NCBI GenBank assembly: GCA_903889595.1
Contig: CAISYI010000099.1
Span: forward strand, 4,311-68,310
Source of the DNA: an uncultured beta proteobacterium
GTDB taxonomy: Bacteria; Pseudomonadota; Gammaproteobacteria; Burkholderiales; Burkholderiaceae
DNA length: 64,000 bases
Direction: 5' to 3'
Shown: piece by piece, positions 34,458 to 44,587 of the stretch
How the letters are laid out: each line of letters begins with the position of its first letter
Numbering within the stretch: the first letter of the stretch is position 1
Notes under the pieces: model-generated
Told to the model about the DNA's origin: nothing
The model's input: only the letters and a program-made list of their open reading frames with translations
The model's database searches: none
Made by a program: the position numbers and the translations under genes

Positions 34458-35759
34458 ATGACCAGAGAGATAATTAAAGCTCTGTTTTTCCCCTTTGCTA
34501 TCTGTTTTATTAGTTTTATTTGGGGAGAGGTATTTTCCTTTTCAGTTGCTTTTTATCTTGGATTTTTTGTCTTATTAATTCATAGTTTCATTCAAGCTTG
34601 GTTCAAAATACATTTATTGTCAAATCTTAAAAAAGATGATTTGATTGGCCAAAAAAGAGGTTTCGGAATTTGGCGAGATATATACGATCAATTAGAAAAA
34701 AAATCAAAAATATGGCGGCAAGCTGTACTTCAATCCGAGGTGCAATACAATAAATTTCTTCAAGGAATTCAAGCCTCCCCTAATGGTCTTATTATGTTAG
34801 ATGAGATTGATCATATTGAATGGTGTAATAATATTTGTCGAGACCATTTCCGACTTGATCCATTAAGAGATGTTGGTCAACCAGTTACTTTTTTACTTCG
34901 AAATCCTCAATTTGTAAGTTATATGCAAGCTCGGGAATTCACAAGACCTCTTCATTTAGATTTCATGGGAGACCAAGGAAGTTTAATGTTGATGTTACAA
35001 ATTTTCCCATACGGAGAAAACCGCAAACTCTTACTGAGCCAGGACATTACAATACTGAAAAAAAATGAGTCGATGCGACAAGATTTCGTTGCGAATGTTT
35101 CACATGAGTTAAGGACTCCCCTGACAGTCGTAAGCGGATTTTTAGAAACACTACGTGATCTTAAAATCTCTAAGCTCGATCAAAAAAGGTATGTAGATTT
35201 AATGTTTGCTCAGACAAGTCGAATGATGACACTTGTTGAGGAATTACTGATTTTGACAAGGTTAGATAGTAGTCCTCTGACATCAAAAACCACAAAGGTT
35301 CACATCGAAGAATTGTTTGAAAAACTTTTACTTGATGCTAAAAGCTTATCGCAGGATAAACATGTTATCGAAGTCAATTGTCCTTTAAAAATGGATATTC
35401 TTGGCTCCGAAAGTGAAATTTTATCTGCTTTTAGTAATTTAATCGTTAACGCAATTCGGTATACCCCAGAAGGTGGAAAGATTATTTTTGAATGGAAAGC
35501 TGAAGCTAGTGGTGCAGTATTTTCCGTTAAAGATTCAGGGATTGGGATTGCTCCAGAGCATCTACCTAGAATTACTGAGCGTTTTTACAGAGTTGATAGA
35601 AGTCGTTCAAGGGATACGGGTGGAACTGGTCTAGGGCTTGCAATTGTGAAGCATGTAGCATCAAGACACAATGCAGTTTTGAAAATAGAGAGTGAACTTG
35701 GTGTTGGAAGTACTTTTTTAATTCACTTTCCTAAAGACCGCTTAGTGGAAGTAGATTAA
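34458..35759 (+). CDS. phoR: Sensor histidine kinase PhoR
   Basis: FVANVSHELRTPLT, NAIRYT, FYRVDRSRSR, GTGLGLAIVKH. Confidence 0.95.
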   Translation: MTREIIKALFFPFAICFISFIWGEVFSFSVAFYLGFFVLLIHSFIQAWFKIHLLSNLKKDDLIGQKRGFGIWRDIYDQLEKKSKIWRQAVLQSEVQYNKFLQGIQASPNGLIMLDEIDHIEWCNNICRDHFRLDPLRDVGQPVTFLLRNPQFVSYMQAREFTRPLHLDFMGDQGSLMLMLQIFPYGENRKLLLSQDITILKKNESMRQDFVANVSHELRTPLTVVSGFLETLRDLKISKLDQKRYVDLMFAQTSRMMTLVEELLILTRLDSSPLTSKTTKVHIEELFEKLLLDAKSLSQDKHVIEVNCPLKMDILGSESEILSAFSNLIVNAIRYTPEGGKIIFEWKAEASGAVFSVKDSGIGIAPEHLPRITERFYRVDRSRSRDTGGTGLGLAIVKHVASRHNAVLKIESELGVGSTFLIHFPKDRLVEVD

Positions 35760-37855
35760 TTCTGTGAAGGTTTTTCAAGTAACTTTAAAATTTCTAATTG
35801 GGCAATATAAGGTGTTTTGCTTCTAGTTTTAAGTCGACGATATTTACCTTCAGAATTCATTACCCAAGCTGATTGGTTGTCTTTTAGGAGCATTTTTAAA
35901 CCTTCTTGTATTACTCGCTCTTTAATTGCTTGATTTTCAACTGGAAAGGCGACCTCGACTCTTCGATAAAGGTTTCGATCCATCCAATCGGCACTAGATA
36001 AATAAATATTTTCTTTACCATCAGCAACAAAATAATAAATACGGTGGTGCTCTAAAAATCTCCCAATTACTGAACGTACCTTAATATTTTCAGATAAGCC
36101 CTTTACTCCGGGCATTAAAGCACAAACACCCCTAATTATTAAGTCAATCTTTACCCCAGCTTGTGAGGCTCTATACAACTCCTGAATGACACTTGGTTCA
36201 AGCAATGCATTCATTTTTGCAATGATATGTCCTTTTTTCCCTAACTTAACATTTTTAATCTCTCCACGAATGCTCTTAATTATTTCATCTTGCATCGTAA
36301 AAGGCGATTGCCATAATTTAGTCAATGAAATATGTTTGCCTGTGCCGGTCAGTTGTTGAAAAACATAATGCATATCACTAGTAAGTTGAGGGTCACAGGT
36401 TAATAAACCGAAGTCAGTATAGGCTTTGGCTGTTCTAGGATGGTAATTACCTGTCCCTAAATGAGCATATCTTTTTAATTGATACTTGCCTTTGTTTCGT
36501 CCTTTGGTAACAAGTTCTCTTCTGACAATTAAAAGCATTTTTGCGTGACACTTATGTCCAACTACGCCGTAGATGACGTGAGCACCAACTGCCTCAAGTT
36601 TAGCTGCCCATTGCATGTTGGTATGTTCGTCAAATCTTGCTAAAAGCTCTACAACTACGGTGACTTCTTTTCCATTTCGTGCTGCTTCCATAAGTGCGTC
36701 CATTACTAAGGACTCATCCCCGGTTCGGTAAACTGTTTGTTTTATTGCTAGAACATCAGGATCGTTTGCAGCTTCATTTAAAAGGTCAAGTACCGGAGTG
36801 AAACTTTCATAGGGGTGGTGTAACAACACATCGCTTTTTGAAATGACATCAAAGAGAGATTTTTCATGGGAAAAAACTTCTGGTAGTTTGGGGACAACGA
36901 CCGGATACTTTAAGTCTGGACGCTGAATTAAGTCGGGCATTTGGAATAAACGTACCAAGTTCACAGGCCCACTTACTAGATAACAATCGGCATCGTTGAG
37001 CTGACATTCATTTTTAAGACGTTCCAGAAATTTCAATGGAATTTTATCGTTAACTTCCAATCGCACGGCATCTCCAAAATGCCGTGTTGTTAACTCTCCT
37101 TCTAGTGCACTTCGTAAATCCGTAATATCATCTTCCGAAACAAATAAATCTGAGTTCCTTGTTACTCTGAATTGATAGCAACCAGTCAATTTAATACCAG
37201 GAAATAATTCATGTACGAAAGCCTGCATAAATGAAGACAGTAATATAAAGCTAATTTCACCGTTTGATTCTAAGTGATGCGGTAATTTCACTAGTCTTGG
37301 TAAAGATCTGGGGGCTTGCACGACTGCGAGATCAGCATTGCGTCCAAAAGAGTCCTTGCCTTCTAGCGATATTAAAAAGTTTAAACTTTTGTTGATTACT
37401 CTTGGAAACGGATGAGTAGGATCTAGAGCAATTGGAGTTATTAAAGGTACTAACTCGCGATGAAAGAAATTTTTTGCCCATTGAAACTGTTTAGGTGTCC
37501 AAGTGGAGGGAAATTTGAAAAAAATCTTTTCATGATTTAGAGCGGGGGAGATGTTTTCTTGTAATAAAGCATACTTTCTTTGAACAAGAACATGCGCTTG
37601 TTCAGTGATTGCTTTATAAGACTCTTCCACTGTTAATCCATCCGCTTGAATTTTTTTAGGATTGTCTATTAATAGAGCCTTTAACCCAGACATCCGAATT
37701 TCAAAAAACTCATCTATATTGCTTGAAACAATGGAAAGAAACCTTAGTCTTTCTAAAAGAGGAGTACTCGGATCTTCGGCTTGAGCAAGTACTCTAGAGT
37801 TAAACTCGAGATATCCTAATTCACGATTTAGCAACGGGATAAAATTATTTGTCAT
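35756..37855 (-). CDS. ppk1: Polyphosphate kinase 1
   Basis: LNRELGYLEFNSRVL, HPFP, LLHHPYESF, GRFLEH, SSADWM. Confidence 0.97.
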   Translation of the reverse strand: MTNNFIPLLNRELGYLEFNSRVLAQAEDPSTPLLERLRFLSIVSSNIDEFFEIRMSGLKALLIDNPKKIQADGLTVEESYKAITEQAHVLVQRKYALLQENISPALNHEKIFFKFPSTWTPKQFQWAKNFFHRELVPLITPIALDPTHPFPRVINKSLNFLISLEGKDSFGRNADLAVVQAPRSLPRLVKLPHHLESNGEISFILLSSFMQAFVHELFPGIKLTGCYQFRVTRNSDLFVSEDDITDLRSALEGELTTRHFGDAVRLEVNDKIPLKFLERLKNECQLNDADCYLVSGPVNLVRLFQMPDLIQRPDLKYPVVVPKLPEVFSHEKSLFDVISKSDVLLHHPYESFTPVLDLLNEAANDPDVLAIKQTVYRTGDESLVMDALMEAARNGKEVTVVVELLARFDEHTNMQWAAKLEAVGAHVIYGVVGHKCHAKMLLIVRRELVTKGRNKGKYQLKRYAHLGTGNYHPRTAKAYTDFGLLTCDPQLTSDMHYVFQQLTGTGKHISLTKLWQSPFTMQDEIIKSIRGEIKNVKLGKKGHIIAKMNALLEPSVIQELYRASQAGVKIDLIIRGVCALMPGVKGLSENIKVRSVIGRFLEHHRIYYFVADGKENIYLSSADWMDRNLYRRVEVAFPVENQAIKERVIQEGLKMLLKDNQSAWVMNSEGKYRRLKTRSKTPYIAQLEILKLLEKPSQN

Positions 37856-37960
37856 TAATTGAATTGTAGGGCTGAAATAAATTTTTGTCTTAAGTAATTT
37901 TTCTGTTTTTTAACATTAAAATATAGTTCTGTTAATCGTTAATATCCCTTGGTATCTATT

Positions 37961-39529
37961 ATGTCTTTTGAATTGAAACCATCCAAAAATGCTCAGTCTG
38001 AGCCTAAATTAATTGCATCTGTTGATTTGGGGTCAAATAGTTTCAGAATGGTAGTTGCACAAATAGTTGAAACACCATCAGGCTATCAATTACGCCCGGT
38101 AGATACTCTTAGAGATTCTATCAAGCTTGCTGCAGGGTTAGATCAAGAAAAAAATCTTGATGCTGAAGCATTTAGTCGAGGAATTAATTCTATTAGACGT
38201 TTTGGTGAACGTTTAAGAAATTTTTCACCAATGCAAGTCAGAGTTGTAGCGACAAATACTTTTAGAGTTGCGCGCAATGCTGCAAAATTTATCTCACAGG
38301 CCGAATTGGCTCTTGGATTTCCAATTGAAGTGATTGCAGGTCATGAAGAGGCCCGCTTAGTTTATATTGGGGCTGCGCATGGCGCTCCCGCCAATTCAGG
38401 AAATAGACTAGTGATTGATATTGGCGGTGGTTCAACAGAGTTTATTATTGGACAGGGTTATGAACCTAAACTTTTGGAGAGTTTATACATTGGATGTGTC
38501 TCCCATAGTCAAAAATTCTTTGCTAATGGTGCTGTTGATGAATATAACTTTAAGCAAGCTGAGTTAGCTGCTAGACAAGAAATTCAAATCATCTCCAAAG
38601 AGTTTAGGAAAAAAGGTTGGGATCAGGTAATTGGTTCTTCCGGAACTGCAAAAGCGATTGCAGAATTGATTAGTCTTAATGGCTTAGATACGGAAAATCA
38701 TCTACATCCTGATCCATTTGGCACAGAGGCTTCGGGGATTATTACGCGGCAAAGCTTAGACGCACTAAAGTCAATCTTAATTGAATCTGAATTTGTACAA
38801 AATGCTAAATTGATTGGATTAAAACCAGATCGTCGTCATGTACTACCTGGCGGGTTAGCAATTATGATTGCTGCCTTTGATGAGTTAAAAATTGAGTCAA
38901 TGGAAATCGTTGAGGCAGCCCTTCGGATGGGTGTTTTATATGATTTTTTAGGTCGTGCTCAGCATCATGACATGCGTTTCGTGACAGTAGAGCAATTCAT
39001 GAAGCGTTATAGTGTAGATGCAGAGCAAGCAACACGAGTTGAAGAGTTAGCGATATTCTTTTTGGAACAGTTTCCAATGCCTTTGGATGAAGATCGAATT
39101 AATAATGTTTCTTTACTCGGATGGGCTGCTAAACTCCATGAGATTGGCTTATCAATTTCCCATAATGGCTACCATAAGCACTCGGCATATATTTCAGCTA
39201 ATGCTGACATGCCAGGTTTTTCAAAAAATGATCAAGCCCGTTTATCGACACTTTTAATCGGCCATACTGGAAAACTCGCTAAAGTTTACACAAGTAGTAA
39301 TTTTATTGATTGGCGAATGCTGTTTTGCCTAAGATTGGCATTTTTACTCTCCAGAAGAAGGGTGAGCGAGGAGTTGCCTGAAATTTTAGTTCAACAGTCA
39401 GACAATGGTTTTAAAGTCACTATTTCAAAGAAATGGATTGAAAATCATCCATTGACAGAGTTTAGTTTGAATAAGGAAGCTGAAGACTGGATCAAAATCG
39501 GCAAAGAATTTCTGCTAGATTTTTATTAA
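37961..39529 (+). CDS. ppx: Exopolyphosphatase (Ppx/GppA)
   Basis: VDLGSNSF, EEARL, IDIGGGSTE, LHEIG; divergent from ppk1. Confidence 0.95.
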   Translation: MSFELKPSKNAQSEPKLIASVDLGSNSFRMVVAQIVETPSGYQLRPVDTLRDSIKLAAGLDQEKNLDAEAFSRGINSIRRFGERLRNFSPMQVRVVATNTFRVARNAAKFISQAELALGFPIEVIAGHEEARLVYIGAAHGAPANSGNRLVIDIGGGSTEFIIGQGYEPKLLESLYIGCVSHSQKFFANGAVDEYNFKQAELAARQEIQIISKEFRKKGWDQVIGSSGTAKAIAELISLNGLDTENHLHPDPFGTEASGIITRQSLDALKSILIESEFVQNAKLIGLKPDRRHVLPGGLAIMIAAFDELKIESMEIVEAALRMGVLYDFLGRAQHHDMRFVTVEQFMKRYSVDAEQATRVEELAIFFLEQFPMPLDEDRINNVSLLGWAAKLHEIGLSISHNGYHKHSAYISANADMPGFSKNDQARLSTLLIGHTGKLAKVYTSSNFIDWRMLFCLRLAFLLSRRRVSEELPEILVQQSDNGFKVTISKKWIENHPLTEFSLNKEAEDWIKIGKEFLLDFY

Positions 39530-39666
39530 GAGGAGTCATTGTTTGCCATTACCTCTTGCCACTTAAAAAATAAGTTTTAGAGATAATGGAACGAGTAGAT
39601 CTAAGCTTTTCAAAGTTGCAAGAAGTGCAATTTGTTTTCGAGTCTTAAAACTAAATTTTAATAAGT

Positions 39667-40620
39667 TTAGTGATTTGTTAAGAAATGTTTCGCGTATCGC
39701 GGATTTATATCAGAAAGTCTTAACATCGTTAAAAAATCGGCTGTATTGAAATCTGGATCCCATGCTGGTTCACCACAAATCTTTGCACCGATTCTAAGAT
39801 AACCTTTAATCAATGGTGGAGGTTCAACGTCCAAATCTGAGTTTAACTTTTCAAGGGGCAATGGTAATCTCGGGAAAGTTCTATATTCAACGGGACTTAA
39901 ATTCTTTTCACTAAAAATTCTATTTAAGCTAGCAGCGTAGTGACCGCCGTCTCCCATGGGAACACTTGCACATCCCAACATGATTTCGTAACCATGTTGT
40001 TTCATATAGGAACCAAGTCCAGCCCACAATGCCATAATTACACCACCAGAGCGGTAGTTTTCGTGTACACAAGATCTTCCAACTTCAACCGCGTTCGGGT
40101 ATAGGTGTTCTAGTCTTGTTAAATCAAATTCGGATTCAGAATAAAGGCGACCTATTTGTTTTGCTTGCTCAGGCGGTAAGATTCTGTAGGTACCAACCAC
40201 TTGTAGAGTTTTGGTGTCACGAACAATAAGGTGATCACAATAAGCATCAAATTCGTCAACATCTAAACCTTCCTCTTTATTGGGAAGGTTAGCACCCATT
40301 TCTTCAGCAAAAACATGATATCGAAGACGTTGAGCTTCTTTGATTTCTTCTAAATCCCTAGCAATATATACTTGAATGGGGCTTGCTTTACTGGCTTTAT
40401 CGTTTTCTGAAATAAAGGGCAACTCACTAACAGTTTTCTTAAGTTCCTTAATTTTTGCATTTTTCTTTTTAGATTTATATTTCTTTAAAGGAAATAAATT
40501 AGGGAACTTATTAAACTTTTGTATTTTTAAAAGCTTTTTTGAAAGGGTACCAGCGATTTTAGTCGTCAAACCATCTCCGATGGAGTTTAAAGACTGTAGT
40601 GGGTTAGGTAGTTCTTTCAT
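39667..40620 (-). CDS. olsB: GNAT acyltransferase, OlsB-like ornithine N-acyltransferase (probable start MKELPNP at 40620)
   Basis: AQRLRYHVFAEEMGA, DEFDAYCDHL, VGTYR, EVGRSCV, PPLIKGYLRIGA, DPDFNTADF. Confidence 0.75.
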   Translation of the reverse strand: MKELPNPLQSLNSIGDGLTTKIAGTLSKKLLKIQKFNKFPNLFPLKKYKSKKKNAKIKELKKTVSELPFISENDKASKASPIQVYIARDLEEIKEAQRLRYHVFAEEMGANLPNKEEGLDVDEFDAYCDHLIVRDTKTLQVVGTYRILPPEQAKQIGRLYSESEFDLTRLEHLYPNAVEVGRSCVHENYRSGGVIMALWAGLGSYMKQHGYEIMLGCASVPMGDGGHYAASLNRIFSEKNLSPVEYRTFPRLPLPLEKLNSDLDVEPPPLIKGYLRIGAKICGEPAWDPDFNTADFLTMLRLSDINPRYAKHFLTNH

Positions 40621-40655
40621 TTTAGAGGTATTTTTCCTGACATTACTTAATTGTA

Positions 40656-41120
40656 TTAAGAAAAAGTTGCATGAAGATGACAAATTAAAGTCGAATCGTT
40701 AATAAATGTAACTTTTAAATTCCTGACAACCGGAATGAGTATATAAATCCACGTAAATATGCAAAAAAGTAGAGCAAGCATCACAGCAGCCGAGCCATAA
40801 TCTTTTGCCCTTTTAGACAGTCCATGATTATCAAAGGAGATTCTATCAATTGCAGCCTCAACACTAGAGTTGAGCAACTCAATAATCAGGACCAAAACTA
40901 CTACCATTAAAAGCAGTATATGCTCTGATCGACTTACCGGTAATATCAAGGAAATAGGGAGCAAGATGGCTGTTAAAGTTAACTCTTGTCGAAATGCACT
41001 TTCTTCCTTGATTGCGAATTGAAGGCCGTGCCAAGAATTGATACTAGCCTTAATCGCTCTCGTAATTCCTTTGTTACCTTTATGAGGGTTTTGATCAAAT
41101 GAATAGCTATCGTCGTTCAT
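40656..41120 (-). CDS. dgkA: Diacylglycerol kinase
   Basis: ESAFRQE, ELLNSSVEAAIDRIS, SKRAKDYGSAAV. Confidence 0.92.
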   Translation of the reverse strand: MNDDSYSFDQNPHKGNKGITRAIKASINSWHGLQFAIKEESAFRQELTLTAILLPISLILPVSRSEHILLLMVVVLVLIIELLNSSVEAAIDRISFDNHGLSKRAKDYGSAAVMLALLFCIFTWIYILIPVVRNLKVTFINDSTLICHLHATFS

Positions 41121-42151
41121 ATTGAAATATCACTACTTGCTTCAACTAATCCAGGAGGAACAGGTTGGAGATGTTTAACAAACTGTTCTGTCGCTGCTCG
41201 CCATGAAAAGCCCTCAGCATGTTGACGTGCAGTTTCTTTTGAGATTTTTAAGGCAGCTAAGCAGGCATCTTCTAAATTCTCACGCAGTGCACCCGATTCA
41301 CTATTACCAATTACATCGATTGGGCCGGTGACCGGATACGCAGCTACAGGAAGCCCACAAGCCATCGCTTCCAAAAGAACAAGTCCAAACGTATCGGTTT
41401 TACTTGGAAATACAAAAACGTCAGCACTTGAATAATACTCCGGTAATTCAGACTGGTCTTTAGCACCAAGGAATTGAACTAGAGGGTATTTTTCTTTCAA
41501 ATAGGAAAGAGATGGGCCATCTCCAATAACAACTTTAGAGCCCGGTAAATTTAGTTTTAAAAAAGTCTCTATATTTTTTTCAACAGCAACTCTACCAACA
41601 TTCAAAAAAATTGGCCTAGCACCATTTAACTTGTCGGAATGCTTTACTTCAAACCTTGATAAATCAACGCCTCTACTCCACAGCACGACATTTTTGAAGC
41701 CATACTTTTCTAAGTCATTTTTGACAGTTATGGTGGGAGCCATTACAGCAAGAGACTTTTGATGAAACCAATTTAAAAATCGATATGTTAGTTTGAGCGG
41801 AATGCCTGTCCTTGCCTTTACATACTCTGGGAACCTGGTATGGTAGGCAGTCGAAAATGGTAAATGATTTTTTACAGCATAAGATCTTGCTGCTAAACCT
41901 AATGGGCCTTCAGTAGAAATATGCAATGCATCTGGCATAAAAGCCTTAATGCGACGAGAGATTTTTTTGCCAGGAAGTATTGATAAAGAAATGTCTGGAT
42001 AGGTTGGACATGGGATTGTTTTGAACTCGAGTGGAGATAAGATATCCACTACATGTCCCATTAATTCAAGCTCGTGTCTAGTTTGTTTTAATGTTCGGAC
42101 AACACCATTGATTTGAGGTTCCCAAGCATCAGTAATGATCAAAATCTTCAT
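41117..42151 (-). CDS. GT4 glycosyltransferase, Agt-like glycolipid synthase candidate (probable ATG 42151)
   Basis: MKILIITDAWEPQINGVVRTL, TEGPLG, YHTRFPEY, DTFGLVLLEAMACG. Confidence 0.85.
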   Translation of the reverse strand: MKILIITDAWEPQINGVVRTLKQTRHELELMGHVVDILSPLEFKTIPCPTYPDISLSILPGKKISRRIKAFMPDALHISTEGPLGLAARSYAVKNHLPFSTAYHTRFPEYVKARTGIPLKLTYRFLNWFHQKSLAVMAPTITVKNDLEKYGFKNVVLWSRGVDLSRFEVKHSDKLNGARPIFLNVGRVAVEKNIETFLKLNLPGSKVVIGDGPSLSYLKEKYPLVQFLGAKDQSELPEYYSSADVFVFPSKTDTFGLVLLEAMACGLPVAAYPVTGPIDVIGNSESGALRENLEDACLAALKISKETARQHAEGFSWRAATEQFVKHLQPVPPGLVEASSDISI

Positions 42152-42161
42152 TGCGTTGATC

Positions 42162-43040
42162 CTAAGTTTCAAGTTCCTGTATTTTTAAATCGCTTGCTGA
42201 ACTAGCAAAAGCAACCTCCGGATTTTCAGTATTGGCATGAGCGCTTATTGGAAATCCTTTAAAAGAATTAATTACGATAGGCTCAATATAAGCACCTTCA
42301 TCAGCTTTTAAAATATGAGGCCAATGAATAATCTTTAGTTCACCATCAAACGTTTCGACCAATGCAGTGAGACTTTCGACCCAATCACCATCATTACAGT
42401 AGAGTAGGCCATCAATATCACGAATTTCTGCTTTATGAATATGACCACAAACCACCCCGTCACATTTTCTTTTCCGAGCTTCCCTTGCCATAATTGCTTC
42501 AAAGTCAGCAATGAAACTAACAGCATTTTTAACTTTATGCTTTAAAAATTGAGACAGGGACCAATATTGAAACCCTAACTTAATTCGAATATTATTAAAC
42601 CAACGGTTAATTACAAGAATGAGGGTGTAAGCTGAATCACCTAAATAGGCTAACCATTTAGCATATTGCATTACGCTATCAAATAAATCACCATGCGTAA
42701 TCCATAATCTTTTACCATTGGCAGTAATATGAATCATTTCATTACGAATTTGGATGTCACCAAAGGTCATTCCAATAAATTGACGGGCGACTTCGTCGTG
42801 ATTTCCAGGAATGTAAAATACTTCAGAACCTTTTCGGACTTTTCTGAGAATTTTTTGAACAACGTCGTTGTGTGATTGTGGCCAGTACCAAGATTTTTTT
42901 AATCGCCAACCATCAATAATGTCGCCGACAAGATAAAATGTCTCAGCTTCATTATGTTTCAGAAAATCGAGAAGATACTCTGCCTGGCAGCCAGAAGTAC
43001 CTAAATGTATGTCGGAAATCCATATGGTGCGATATTGCAT
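42162..43040 (-). CDS. plcP: Metallophosphoesterase, PlcP/LpxH2-like phospholipase C
   Basis: ISDIHLG, GDIIDGW, PGNHD, HGDLFD, CGHIH, NDGDWVES; precedes the GT4 gene and dgkA. Confidence 0.75.
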   Translation of the reverse strand: MQYRTIWISDIHLGTSGCQAEYLLDFLKHNEAETFYLVGDIIDGWRLKKSWYWPQSHNDVVQKILRKVRKGSEVFYIPGNHDEVARQFIGMTFGDIQIRNEMIHITANGKRLWITHGDLFDSVMQYAKWLAYLGDSAYTLILVINRWFNNIRIKLGFQYWSLSQFLKHKVKNAVSFIADFEAIMAREARKRKCDGVVCGHIHKAEIRDIDGLLYCNDGDWVESLTALVETFDGELKIIHWPHILKADEGAYIEPIVINSFKGFPISAHANTENPEVAFASSASDLKIQELET

Positions 43041-43062
43041 GAAGTTATTAGGCCATAGTTAA

Positions 43063-43102
43063 GTTACTGTAATATGCATATTTTAAGACGGAATTGTTAC
43101 AT
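43063..43102 (-). promoter_or_regulatory. Candidate Pho box array upstream of plcP
   Basis: Four heptamers at exact 11-bp spacing on the - strand: ATGTAAC, CCGTCTT, TATGCAT, CAGTAAC (consensus CTGTCAT). Confidence 0.55.
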
Positions 43103-43125
43103 TTAATAATTGAATAGAGAATTTT

Positions 43126-43848
43126 ATGTTGTTGATCAGCTATTTACGCGTTATAACTCATATTTTTAGAGGATTTTTTATTGTTGTTTTTTTGTATCCT
43201 AAAAAAGATGCAATTCAACGGCATTTAGCTCTGCAAAATTGGAGTCTTGGATTATTAAAGGTATTCAACATCGAGTTACAACTTCACGGCGAAATTCCAA
43301 AAGATCTGCAATCACACCTAGTAGTGAGTAATCATATTTCTTGGTTAGATATTCATGTAATCAACGCTTTATTCCCTATGCGATTTGTCGCAAAAAAAGA
43401 AGTTGCTTCTTGGCCAGTGTTTGGGTGGTTTGCAAAAAAACTCAATACTCTTTTCATTGATCGACAAAAAAGTGGTCACTCTCGAGATGTTTCTGACCAA
43501 ATGGCTTTAGCTTTAAGAGAGGGCGATCGGATTTGTATTTTTCCAGAAGGAACATCTTCTGATGGCTTATCTGTTCTTAAATTTAAGCCTAATTTATTTC
43601 AATCTGTAATTGATGCAGAAAGTGTTTGTTTACCAACAGCCATTTCATATATTCAGCCTAAGACAGGGGAGTTAAGTATTGCAACTGCTTTCATCGGTGA
43701 TATGGGACTTTTGGAGTCGATGAGCAATACTTTAAAGAACGCTCCGATAATTGTTCGCGTTCATATTGGTGAGCCGATTAAAGACGAATTGAATCGCAAA
43801 GTCTTATCAGAGATGGCGTGGCAGCAAGTTATGAATTTAAGAAATTAA
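43126..43848 (+). CDS. Lysophospholipid acyltransferase family protein, OlsA-like
   Basis: [30 protein letters not shown]. Confidence 0.85.
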   Translation: MLLISYLRVITHIFRGFFIVVFLYPKKDAIQRHLALQNWSLGLLKVFNIELQLHGEIPKDLQSHLVVSNHISWLDIHVINALFPMRFVAKKEVASWPVFGWFAKKLNTLFIDRQKSGHSRDVSDQMALALREGDRICIFPEGTSSDGLSVLKFKPNLFQSVIDAESVCLPTAISYIQPKTGELSIATAFIGDMGLLESMSNTLKNAPIIVRVHIGEPIKDELNRKVLSEMAWQQVMNLRN

Positions 43849-43892
43849 ATACTAGTAAAAAAAAGTAAACCATAGTAGAATATTGGATTGTT

Positions 43893-43969
43893 CGGGGCGT
43901 AGCGCAGCCTGGTAGCGCATCTGCTTTGGGAGCAGAGGGTCGTGAGTTCGAATCCCACCGCCCCGACCA
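43893..43969 (+). tRNA. tRNA-Pro (TGG)
   Basis: CGGGGCG acceptor stem, TCTGC-TT TGG GA-GCAGA anticodon arm, TTCGAAT, CCA end. Confidence 0.97.
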
Positions 43970-44032
43970 AATTCTTATTCCCAAATGAAGTCATATTATT
44001 TATAATTTCAATAGTTACACAATCCCCACATA

Positions 44033-44109
44033 CTGCCCATAGCTCAGATGGATAGAGCAACGGCCTTCTAAGCCGTAGGTCGCACGTTCGAATCGTGCTG
44101 GGCAGACCA
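44033..44109 (+). tRNA. tRNA-Arg (TCT)
   Basis: CTGCCCA/TGGGCAG acceptor stem, ACGGC-CT TCT AA-GCCGT anticodon arm, CCA end. Confidence 0.97.
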
Positions 44110-44196
44110 AGTTAGCATACAAATACCCATAAAAAACAATTGTTAATTGAATGGGTTTAAGATTGACACAATAGACTTTTAATTTTATGAATTGCA

Positions 44197-44382
44197 ATGG
44201 CAAGTTTAATCACAATTGATCATGCAGTTTGTCATGGAAAGCCTTGTATTCTAGGCATGAGATATCCTGTTGAAGGCATTCTCGAATGCTTAGCAAGTGG
44301 CATGACTATTGAAGATATCTTAGGCGATTATGAGAATCTTCAGCATGAAGATATTTTGGCTGCTTTTTCCAATGAGATTTAA
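44197..44382 (+). CDS. DUF433 antitoxin-like protein (C-terminus possibly truncated)
   Basis: ITIDHAVCHGKPCILGMRYPV, GMTIEDILGDY. Confidence 0.8.
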   Translation: MASLITIDHAVCHGKPCILGMRYPVEGILECLASGMTIEDILGDYENLQHEDILAAFSNEI

Positions 44383-44398
44383 TTACAGTAATTAAATT

Positions 44399-44587
44399 AT
44401 GAAACTTACACTCACTGATATTGATCGTAAAGATATTGTTGAAAACACATTGGGAACGATGCGCATTGAAGGTATGACTCCATCTAATGAAGTGTTGAAA
44501 GCTTTTGATGATTTTGTTTTGGGCTCCAAAACAATAGAGCAAATTATCCAAGAAATCAAAGATCGTTATGTCGCGTTACCACGCTGA
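44399..44587 (+). CDS. VbhA-like antitoxin
   Basis: TMRIEG fits the (S/T)xxxE(G/N) Fic-inhibitory motif; overlaps the downstream fic start. Confidence 0.8.
   Translation: MKLTLTDIDRKDIVENTLGTMRIEGMTPSNEVLKAFDDFVLGSKTIEQIIQEIKDRYVALPR

Noticed and set aside
43942-43958. A-C mismatch in the tRNA-Pro T-stem (GTGAG/CCCAC)
   Set aside because: The rest of the cloverleaf is intact and I recall this mismatch in other betaproteobacterial tRNA-Pro(TGG); not evidence of a pseudo-tRNA
43845-44203. Two minus-strand ORFs (71 and 62 aa)
   Set aside because: Shadow ORFs antisense to tRNA-Pro and tRNA-Arg
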